Positions 36,501 to 47,311 of a DNA stretch of 64,000 nt are shown piece by piece. The notes under the pieces were generated by a model. It ran no database searches, was not told the DNA's origin, and saw nothing but the letters and a program-made list of their open reading frames with translations. The position numbers were made by a program, and so were the translations under genes. Position 1 is the stretch's first letter. Every line of letters starts with the position of its first letter. This DNA is from Phoronis australis (taxonomy: Eukaryota; Animalia; Phoronida): positions 575,362 through 639,361 of the forward strand of contig NMRA01000040.1 in the NCBI GenBank assembly GCA_002633005.1, written 5' to 3'.

Positions 36501-39500
36501 CACCCACAGGTGTACTTTTGGATGGGCCTATTTTCGGAAATTCTTGGTATTAATCACAACCACATACCGTGAGAAGCAAAAACCATGTTCTAGGTCATGG
36601 GTAAGGCGTAAAACCCCAAGACAAATGTCCAACACAAGTCCTCACGTGTAAAAAGTCCACCCCTTTTTTCGGAGCCCTAACTTGCTTATTGAGCTTGTAC
36701 CCATTTATTCACATTCTGCCAACAAAATATCATCGTGGCATAAATTGGAGCTTTTTATTCATCCTGGGAAATTATCCACAATTTATCAATGATTTTTTAC
36801 AGTTTATATTTCACACGAGTTTTCCATGCGCAGAAAACATTTTTCATTCTTTCAGTTTCCGTGACTCAGTGGAAACCATGTACAGTGCCATCTGGTAAGG
36901 AGATGGCATAAATCCTTTTCAACAAGACACGTGACTTACCATCCCTGTGCCTCCGCAGTGATGACATGGCTCAGGTCGTGTGCCCGGCTCACACTTTGAC
37001 CCCCGACATTTAGGACACGTGTCTACAATGTTGACTCGAACTGTTTTGTTGACTCCACGGCATGCTTCCTTGAAACTCAGCTCGATCATTTGCTGTAGGA
37101 ACAAAAAATTGTCTTCTTTTCTATGAACTTTAAAATTAGTTATAAATCACTCTAAGCAAAAACCAAACAAAGTAGTTTCAGCCTCAAACAGCAGAAACAG
37201 CACAATCTATGAAAAATTCCAACTTCTGCTAGTTTTCCAAAAAATTGAACAACTATTACATGACACTATTAACAAGTCTTTCTTGGTGTTGCGCCAACCC
37301 AGACCCTTGATCAACTACTTGATCCAGAAAGACTGAACATGGCGTGATTTTCTATAGCATACATTTTCCCCCCGAAAGGACCACAAAGTGTCCGTTCAGG
37401 TCTACAATTATGCATGACTAGCAACAATAGCAGTGTACCAAACTGGCTAAAAATTCCACAGGGAGTAATGTTTTTACACGAAACAGCTTGGTGGAGATGG
37501 AAACTTGGATCATAAAATATTGAATCAAAATTTGAAAGTAACATTTTAGTTCAGCAGTTAAGAGCTCTGGACTACCATTTCGGCAACCCAGATTCAAATG
37601 TTGGCTCCACAGGTAAACCACTAAGCAGTCCTTTGCAAATGCAAGTTTAAACATACCAGTGGATGGATGCAAGGGTGTGAAGATGAAAATAATATAATTA
37701 TCGGCATCAAAACTTTTACACTACATGTTCAGGTCTGTGAGCTCCTAGCTCCTTCTACTGGGTAATGGTGACACAGGGCACTCAATTGAGACTGCGGACG
37801 TGAGTGCTCAGCACCGTCCGAAGTTAGGGAACTCAGGGTCCACGGTATTGGAGTTGTTGTCCAGGAACACTGGCAGAGGGCGACACAATTTTTACCAGAA
37901 TCAGTCAGACATCGTTTCCCAGTAAAATGCGTCAGGTAGCTCCAAAACATCACTTAAATAAGCTTCGATGAGTTTTGATTAACAATTTGTTCATCAACGG
38001 CAAGCTGTAATTTCCGCAACAATTTCAATATCCTTCAAAATGCAAAAAAGATAAATATTTTTTAGGAGTCAAATTTTTCAAAATGCTTGATAGGTATATT
38101 TTCCAGAAGAGTTACAATATCTCTAAAAATGTATGGACATCTCAAGCATTGCCTACCGAGTACCGAGTACAAACTGAAAGAGGCAAGCAACAGAACATAC
38201 CTCCTGTGTAGCACTATGTCCAAACGAAGACTCGGCAAAGTCAGAGAAGTCAAATCCGCCAAAGGGAGAGCTGAACCCTCGGAAGGCACCGCCACCACCC
38301 CCCTCTCTGAAGATACGACGGAACAACTCCTCTGGGTCTATGCTGCCACTGTAATCCTGGAAACCTACAAGAGAAAATGAAAAAGGTAAAATTGGGAATT
38401 CAACTCGGGTTTGGTACCGCCAGTACCAAATTATCTATGACTGTTGTGACACTTAAAAGTCTTGAAAGTGTGTAAGGTCACAGCCAATATAGTAATCTAG
38501 ATTTGATTAAACCATTTTACCAACAACTACAGAAGGTTCAAGTCCATGAATATGTATGAGTCCGTGTTTCAAAGAAGCCTTTATCATGTGGCGCCACCTC
38601 AAACCTTTGATCAAGTGCTCGATCAAAAAAACTAAGTTGGCGTGAATTTCTGTAGCATACATTTTCCCCCCGAAAGGACCACAGAGTGTCCGTTCAGGTC
38701 TACAATTATGCATGACTTGCAACAATAGTAGTCTACCAAAAGGCCTGGACAGCAACCCAACCGGGTAGGTGAGAAACAGCAACGCTCGACTCAACATACC
38801 AAATCCACCAGCCCCTGTGCCACTGGTCCTGCCTCCGGCCCCGCCCGCACCTCCACTCATGCCAAATGTGTCGTATTGTTGTTTCTTGACATCGTCACTC
38901 AGCACCTACAAGCAAATCACAGTTCAGACACGAGGTCAGATGCAGGTCAAACGTTAGTCAGACACAGGGTCATACGTCAACCAACTCAGCATTCCATCAC
39001 ACCTCTGTGTTGTGACAAGACATTCTCAAAATGGGGCTCAGAGTTTTGACTGCTACCACATTCCCACATAGTGACGAAATAAATTCAATGGCTGAAAATG
39101 TTCAAGTGCACAAAGGGTCTTTTTTCAAATTAAGGGAACGGTGCCTGTGCTTTAATAACAAGAATTTTTCTCCTGTGAGGAGAAAATTCCTCCCCGATTC
39201 GCCACCTTGCAGACTTTTTCTTTCGCACTATTAAGAGCAGCTGGTTAAAATTTTCTGAGTTTACATGATTAAAGCTTCTTCAAAACAGAAATGAGGCTAT
39301 TACAATGCCCTGAAATTCCACAGTATTTGCTTTAAGCCAAATGAGGATGGTCAGCTTAAAAACAATTTCCATCATAGAAAACTGTAAGTATTATACCCAG
39401 TATAGTACAGGGCTTGGAATGACCAATGACGAAAAACGCGGAAATTTTTACGGCCGAAAACATGCGTGCTTCCCAGCTTTGAATCTGAAATACCGTATTC

Positions 39501-42500
39501 GCCGTAATAACCGCCCAGGGTTCAGGGGGGCGCTTATTATAATCCAAGGCGGTTAAAACCCGGTCTCCGAAACGGGTGAAATAGGAAGCTAAGATTCATC
39601 AAATTTACGCTCTGTGACGTATCTGTAATCTATGAAAGACTTTCAACAAAACTGTGGTGCATTGCTATCAAACTTTGCTAATTAATTACGATCATTTTAT
39701 GGAAAATTGTGCTGAAATCCCAGGGCGAAAACTCGCCGACTTACTGCCTCGAAATCGCCGTCTTCGATATGGCGACTTCAATGCTTGAATAAAAATAGTT
39801 TCGACTCAAGCAAATTACCTGAAATCTTCATTAGTTTTCTAACGTCTCTAAGATTTTTTAAAAGTTTTTGTGGAGTCTGGATTAATGGCAGGTTTAAGTA
39901 CAAATCTGTGCAACATCGTGACATCTACATGTATGATCGGCAACACGGCGAGAAAAGTGTCTGGACGAACACACATGTTGTTGTCACGTGACGTTTGTTT
40001 TGAAGTTCGTCTGCATTTATGAGTAAGCGAGCACGTGCGTGTCACCAGAGTTCATTTGCCAAAGCAGAGACCGTCTTTTGGCCAGAGCCACGTAATCTAA
40101 TGAGCTAGATGTGCATTGGTTGTGTCTAAAGAAATTTGCACAAACAGTAGACCTAAACCAGAGCGTGTTTCATTCAGCACTTGCCGGTCTCATGTGCTAA
40201 AAACGTTCGACATTTGTCTCGGTAAGGCCCATGTTAGTCGCCATGTAGCTGGATGCGTACGTACATTAACTATCTGACAGTTACTTTTTCGGTGTAAGGG
40301 TGTGTAAGCATTCACTGTCAGTTGTCATTTTATTGGATATTCGGCTTAAAAACACCAATTATGGTTAATCAAACAATCTATCTCAAAAATAACGCAAACA
40401 TGTTTTACAGTATTAGAATTGTAGGAAATTAGTGCCAATATTCATTTCTTACCGATGCTATGCTACCCGTTTCATGAATGGATAGTTCCCAAGTAATGCC
40501 TTTGATGACCGGTTCATATATGTAGCGCGCTTCCCGGCCACGTGCGTTTAACACAGAGTTATTTTTATTCGTGAGACAGTCGATGTGTCTGTACTGAAAG
40601 GTCAGACCATAGTAGGACACGGACATCGTGAGAGTAGCAACGCTGTTGCGTTCTTTTTGAAGCGCTGCGTTACTTTGAAGTGTATAGTCACGGCTAAATA
40701 CAAACGTAGCAGTGCCGCTGGTGGTCTAGAAGACCCGTGCAAAAACTTTTTGATAAATTGAAGACGTTACTGTAGCCGAGTTTTAGGACTGTAGGTACGT
40801 CATTGTTCGCACGTACACGTTCATGGACTGGGCGCTTATTTCAGCAAAGTCTGAAAACGCGTGGGGGGGCGCTTATAGGGGCATGGGCGGTTATTACGGC
40901 GAATACGGTAGTCCATGTGGAATGTGGACCTTTTGCTGACAAAAATGGGACTAAAAAAAAGGTACCGCCTCCAGAACCGTGCGTCTGCGTCTTTTTAGCT
41001 CACCTGTCCACTCCACCTCCACACAATTTTGGCTGCAGAGTCGCAGCATTTGTCACCGCGGTTTACAATCACACGAGTCGCCATTGAAAAATCCACCACG
41101 CCATCCCAGATGCCCCGGCAATGTTGACAATTTACGTTACTCCGAAACATAAAGAGCAATTTCCACTTTTCAAGGTGAACGTCGTCGGCAACGCCACGGT
41201 AAGAAAGGAATTTGCCGCGGAAATTTTATATCAAATCCGATTTTTTTTTACGCAGAAATATAATAAAATACGCGGACAGAACATTTGAAAAAAGCGGAAA
41301 TCCGCGTTTCCGCTGAAAATTCCAAGCCTTGACAGTACATATCTAAAATTAGAGAAGGAAATGTTCAATGAATAATCCAAAAACAGACGATATAATATGC
41401 ACAAGTTCACTCAAACACTGACCTCGTAGGCTTCAGACACTTCTTGGAACTTTTTCTGAGCGTCGGCAGCTTTGTTCGTATCAGGGTGGAACTTTTTGGC
41501 CATCTGCAGCAAACACAAAAGACAGTAGAAAATGACTGGCAGAAGAAATTTACAGAACAGAAAAAACTGAATATAGTAATTCTTCACTTATTTAGCACAC
41601 AATAAGACCGACGAGTGAAATTCTATTTTGTTAACTTTGTCCACTTTGTCGATGTCATAAACCATCAGGGGTGAGTTGCATAGTTTGATTGTTGCATGAC
41701 GTCAGCTGCATTGTGCAACAATAACAACGTGACACGTGATAATGCGACGTCATTGTTGCTATACGGTGTATAACTTTTATGCAACTGGTCCCAGGTTCTG
41801 AAACTCCCATTGATGTGCAAAAAGTTGATCAGCCTATTAAAAATGGAAAAATGACAACTTTGGCAATTCTTTTTATGCGAAGTGGAGAATTACCGTCTAC
41901 TAATTGCATTTTCAATGAAAATTGCTTGAATTGTAGTGCGAATTTCAATTGGAATTCGGATTTCTTATCATTAGTGTTTATACCACGCTAAACGATTCAC
42001 ACAATTATGCATATAGTGATCAAATGGTTGGTTGTTACATGTTTTTCGCGACCTAAAACTCTACAGCCACGAATCCTACTACTACATTCAAATGGTAGAT
42101 CTAAATTCCTGACACGTACAAATTAAAGTTAAAAGAATTTTTTGCTATTACTCATGACCTAAAGCGAAAAATATAAACCAAGGTCTCAACCATACAAATA
42201 AGACACAAATTTTTTAAAAATTTTGACCTCGAAACAAACAGCGCAATGCGACCTCAGATTGTGTCTGGCGACATAAGAAAAATTTCACACACAAAGTCAC
42301 CACTACGAGTAACAAGGTCAGGCAATAAAACCCTCTAAATTCATTTCAAAGTTCCCGTTGACTTCCAAACTTTAAACTACTAAAAGTTTTCCGAGATTTA
42401 TTACCTTTGATACACAATTGTTCTGCTTATTTTGTGAAATCGGCGCACTTACCACCACATTTAAATTACAAGAGGAAGTAAAAGGACAGAAGTCTGAATT

Positions 42501-45500
42501 CTTCGGAAAAAATTGGACAAGATCGTTGAAATTCACACCACCAGTCCATGCAGTCGTCTGCGTTCTATGTTTGTTCGCCAGCGGGAGGAATAGAGTTAGA
42601 GAATGAATGGTGGCCTTAAGGCCGTCCAACCATTTTTTGGTTGACGAACTTTTACGAATTGATTTAGCCGCCTGTCCGAGATTTTCAGTTTTGACAACCT
42701 CAGATTTTGGTTGGCAACCTGGGATTTTTACCAGGTTGGCTTAAAGTTCCAAAATTGGGCCACACCATGTCGATAACAGGCGACCTCTCAACAACAAAAC
42801 AAAGCAAGTGCTATCAAAGTAAGGAAAAATTTGAGGCCATATTGATGCCATAAATACTCAGAAATGCCCTTTGAAAGTTGTGCAAATTGCCAAATCAAAA
42901 TCTTTACTGTAACATGAAGACAAACCCTGTGCAGACTGAATTAATTTTGTGGTATCTAGCTCTACACTCCGACTAGACTTCCTCGCACAAACAGGGAGTG
43001 AACCAGTAACCCACTGATAAAAATTCAAGAAAATCCTCGCCTAAAAGCACATTCATTGTTGCTTAAACATCCATACAGCTTCTACTGCGATATGGTCAGT
43101 AAAACCTTAGAAAATTCAATGAAAAGATCAGGCATATCACTCCAATACATTACGCTCACGTGATCGTCGTGGGTGCAAGCAAATGCCTTCACACTTGGCA
43201 GTACGACGACTCTTATCTATCCCTGGGAAATTTTTATACGTACCTCGGCACACCCCACGTTCATGACCGAGCAGCTGAACAGAGTTAAACAACATCCACA
43301 GCCCTAATTAGGCCAAGCCGAAATCAAATGCTAAATTGCCATATCAAAAAAACAAGAACATCGCAAAACATGAACCATAACAATGCATTTCAGAGACAGC
43401 GCTGCACGGGGGTTCAAAATGTCTATGATGCTATGTACCTGGTAATAAGCCTTCTTGATCTCTTTCTGTGATGCATTCTTGGGTACTCCTAATACTTCGT
43501 AATAGTCTCGTTTAGAAGGGTACAAACAGGGTGCTGTCATGTGAATACACCTGGTGATGGTGAACTGAGTTGAGCTTTTGATAACACCTAACAGCAATAA
43601 AAAAACAAGAGATTATGACAAAACCTCATTTACTTAGGACACAATACAGAAGACAAGAGAGATTTCCTGTCATTTCTTTCACAAATGGGAGACGGGTCAC
43701 CAAATTTATGCTGTATCATTGTTAAATTAATGTCATGTAATGTACCTATCTTCACACCTTATTTCCATAAGCTGCAAGCATTTGAAAACAGAAACTTTTG
43801 AAAACACATGATCTTTGACAATTACATTAATTCAAAATTGATGAGATTATCCATAAACACAAGACAAGTAGGTTCCGAGCTGTTGTAGCTATAAAGAATA
43901 CGGTCATTTCTCTAACACGCTTACAAGTCAATGAGATGGCTGTTCTCTGTAAAGTGTTCCTTTGAACTTGATTTGGCAACAACCAAATAACAGCTGTATT
44001 CACACCAGATGCTTTGTTTTCCAGGTATCTGTCCACAGTAAAAACTTAGCTCTCATGCTTTGGAATTTCCAGATAGCATGTTGCTACTCCATACGAGCTG
44101 GCCGAAGTCTTGGCTCGCATTTCCAACTTTCAGGTTACAAATGTGACTTGCAGCACATTATATCAAGCACAAACCACCTGCAGCGCATTATGTCAAGCAC
44201 CAACCCGGCTGATTACAGCCCAGAAGCATGTTACATACATCTTATAATTCTGTGTGCCATTCAGACTTTTCTAAGGTCCTGTATAATCTTAATAAAAAGG
44301 AAATCCCAAATGAAGCTCTAAACACAACACCATTTCCAAAATAAACAAAATTTTATCATGTTTTTAACGTATTTTTGTATTTCTTGTTAGCAAGCAGCAG
44401 CGAAATTTTACTGATTCGGAAACTAAGTAATGCCAAAACCTACATCTTAAAAATTTAACACAAGATTAATTGCAAAACCAATAACACACACAGAGCACTA
44501 ATTTCCAGAATATTCCAATTTTTAATGATTTTTGTCCAATCAATTCACTGTGTTCCAAACAGGTGAAAACCAACGGAAGTGCCCCTTTAATCCTAAATTA
44601 TTTACAGCAGACACTTTTAGTACTGATGGAGCATCATCGACTCATAATATAAACAGTTGCCAATCTTCTGCAGGCATGCACATATAATGGAAAATGGTCA
44701 CGGATGCTCTGATTAAGAGTTTGCTTGAAAATGGCATGTTGGTAGTTTGCCATCATGTGGGTGACTTCAAGCAGTCGTGATTTCCAACATGTGTTGTGCA
44801 GTACAAAGAATTGTATTTTGTTTCACTGACATAAATGGAGTACTTTATCTGTACAAGTGTATACAATACCCAGAAAGTTCCACCTCACTGACTAAACCCT
44901 CAGCAATTTGAAAAAATCCCAGACCCCTCCTAGAAACACCCAGAAAAAAAGTACTTAATACACATTGTTTTCCATGGAGAAACGTATTTGTCCGTCTTTT
45001 CATGATCAGATTCAAGATGCGCATCTTTTGTACTTATATTCCGGGGGAATATATTTCTATTGTTTCACAAATATTTTTAAGTCTGGTCTGCACGCCACCT
45101 ATTGGCCACATCACGTGACCTAATGAACATCAGTCTGAAAAGATTTCCGCCCCATACTGGGATTTGAACCCAGGGGGCAGAAATCGATGTTCGGTAAAAA
45201 TCAAGTGCACGGGTCCATCTTCAAAACGGCTGCTGGGAACCAGTCTCACTGAAGGACGGTAATGGCTGTTATTCCGTGAAAAGTGGTTTCCGGCAGCCAT
45301 TTGGAAGAGGGACCCTTCACCCATCTATTTGACTTGACCGTCATGTTCAATGCCCTTGTCTTTCTTGAATGACCCCTATTTGAAAAGCAGATGAGTTGCC
45401 TATACTGATCTCTGCCAGGATCAGATAGTCTCTAATTCGCAAAAGTGGAAACAGACAACAGCTAAAAATACACCTCAAAGCGGTTATTGTGAGTATTGAT

Positions 45501-46712
45501 GCTCAATTTAATGTTTGTTTACTGAAGGCACAACCATTAAAAACAACGACGGGTCCTACAGATTCCGCTTCCAATGCATGCTCAATGTCAAATCAAAATA
45601 ACAACATAAGTGACAACACATCCTGATGAGGGTCATGAAATTAAATATTAGAACATGTATTCTTGGAAAAGTGAGCATCACAACATGAACCTGTTCAACC
45701 ATTTTCTGTGTTTTCATTCGACTCCAACGAATGTGCTCTTTATTTAAAAAGTATAAGTCCGTTTCCTTCCACAGTGTTTTAAACACAGCATGGCAAACCA
45801 ACTGCAATAAAACACTGAGTTATATTATGACCCCTCTCAGACTCGTGCCTCTGCCAAATGAACGGCACAAAACTTTTAACCAATCAGCAACTGTGTCATG
45901 CATGCTGTTGTTTTCACTTGGTGCGAGGCTATTTTGAACAAGCGCATTAAAACATAATCTTGCAGTACCCAACCCATCGTTAATCAGTGAGTGAATTGTG
46001 GAATTTGAGGCATACTGCTTACATATTAGATGGTTCCATTTATCTTAAATGGCTGTGTCTTCACTACTAAACGAACATTACATTTTAAAAGCGGTGAAAT
46101 CTGTAATAACCGATTTGCAGTAAATTTAACTGTTCCGCTAATTTTAATCAGCAACAACCCACCTGCTCGACAGCTATATTAAATCGCTCTTGTACACCTT
46201 CTGTTTATTACAGTGTCATATGAGCGGCTGATTAAAGGTGCCTGTGCTTAACACATGAGTTCTGACTTATGACCAGCCGACTACTGTGAAGTGTGAACAG
46301 ACAAGTTCAAATAACACTCACTCAGCCTCAGTCAGGCTCAGGCTAATTCAGATCAATCATCGAATCATTGCCAACTCAGCGAGCTGAGACACAAAAATTC
46401 TTCAAAAGATGATACCACATGTCGGTAATCTCTGGCAAATTAATAGAATGGTTGTAGAAAATTATTGCAACGACGTTTTTCTGACTTGTAAATGCAAATT
46501 GCGTCAGGTCGTGCTCAGCCGCGACGCAAGATTTCGCACTTACGATTTGTTTGACTGTTTCCTATATGCCTACTTAATGTTGATAGATAGCGAGCAAAAC
46601 GTTCAAAAGTCCTTGAACATGAGGGGTTTGCTCCAATAACATCTGGAACACACTGTCCTGATGGAAAAAGCTTCGGCTGTAGAAGACTTCTTGCACACCG
46701 CATGGCAGCCAT
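30316..46712 (-). CDS. DNAJA3: DnaJ homolog subfamily A member 3, mitochondrial (Tid1): complement join(46574..46712,43439..43587,41423..41503,38800..38905,38201..38364,36940..37092,35777..35924,34777..34841,33845..33973,32721..32836,32034..32131, then 31562..31665 or 30316..30530)
   Basis: Domains in order: presequence-like N-terminus [11 protein letters not shown]; J domain [51 protein letters not shown]; G/F region with [10 protein letters not shown]; four CxxC repeats (CPKCRG, CHHCGG, CRKCFG, CTECEG); C-terminal domain [52 protein letters not shown]. All introns are GT-AG with consistent phases. The exon-1 donor is the least certain boundary. Confidence 0.93.
31008..31102. repeat. Short foldback element (cattttgagaac...gttctcaaaatg); related remnants near 1529 and 54682
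   Basis: Imperfect inverted repeat visible directly. Confidence 0.55.
31562..31665 (-). CDS. DNAJA3: DNAJA3 stop-containing penultimate cassette exon (Tid1-L-like C-terminus; 483-aa isoform)
   Basis: Phase-1 acceptor. It encodes [33 protein letters not shown] (33 aa), with a gtaagt donor 19 nt after the stop. Confidence 0.8.
36076..36547. mobile_element. Tc1/mariner-type MITE with TA TSD
   Basis: ta|CCATGTATTTCCGAAAATAGG ... CCTATTTTCGGAAATTCTTGG|ta. Confidence 0.75.
37340..37441. repeat. ~100-bp hairpin-forming element, copy 1 (copy 2 at 38638..38740), in neighbouring DNAJA3 introns
   Basis: tggcgtga.tttct.tagcatacattttccccccgaaaggaccaca.agtgtccgttcaggtctacaattatgcatgact.gcaacaatag.agt.taccaaa is present twice in the same orientation. 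Confidence 0.85.
39408..41331. mobile_element. hAT-like non-autonomous element (CAGGGCTTGGAAT...ATTCCAAGCCTTG) hosting a nested mariner-type element
   Basis: 13-bp imperfect TIR and repeated GCGGAAA subterminal motifs at both ends. The TSD is only approximate (atagtaca/acagtaca). Confidence 0.6.
39493..40908. mobile_element. Tc1/mariner-superfamily non-autonomous element, perfect 25-bp TIR, TA TSD
   Basis: ta|CCGTATTCGCCGTAATAACCGCCCA ... TGGGCGGTTATTACGGCGAATACGG|ta. No transposase ORF was recognised inside. Confidence 0.88.
45075..45180 (-). mobile_element. tRNA-derived SINE-like fragment
   Basis: Minus strand: B-box ggttcaaatcc, then gaaatcttttcagact..ttcattaggtcac..tggccaataggtg, shared with 56273..56415. 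Confidence 0.55.
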
Positions 46713-47311
46713 GTCTGACGAATATTCGTGAGACTCGAAAGGTCATAGATCATGGATTTGGGGAAAACTATCAATAATATTGTTAAAGAAAGTAAAAAAG
46801 TTCATGAAAACACAAACTACAAATATTAGAAACGTTCTTATATTTACTTTTGTCCAAATGATTTTACATTATTTACTTTAGTATGTTATACAAACTCCTA
46901 ATCCTTTAGATTTTTCATCTCGTTTCTTCACTCGAGATTGACCTATTTAACTGACATAGTTTCCGGACAGGAGTGGACTTCATGAAGTTAGATTAGAAGG
47001 GGCATCTTCTCAGGTTGGTCAGCTGTGAGAATCTGTGCATGCATTTTTAAGCTAAAATGTTTGCGTACTTTGTTCTGTCATAATCAACGACTTTATATAT
47101 CCTTAGTTTTGGTTCGACAATGGTAGTTTTAACTTAGGAAGTTGGTCTGGGAGTTTCAGTTTGTAGTTCTCTTGATCCCGCCCCCGTGTGTTTCGAGCCT
47201 TAACTGCGGCAGGATGCCTGTTCCGTGTTCTGCCTATGAATCACCGTTTAAGTTCGTTAGATATATTAAGCCACCCAATTGCTTTGTTTTAGCTCTGGTA
47301 CTCTTGTCATT
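46713..47311. promoter_or_regulatory. Putative bidirectional promoter/5' UTR region shared by DNAJA3 (-) and CORO7 (+)
   Basis: The divergent start codons at 46712 and 47312 are only 600 bp apart. An acceptor-like ttgttttag ending at 47292 suggests a non-coding CORO7 first exon inside this interval. Confidence 0.6.
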
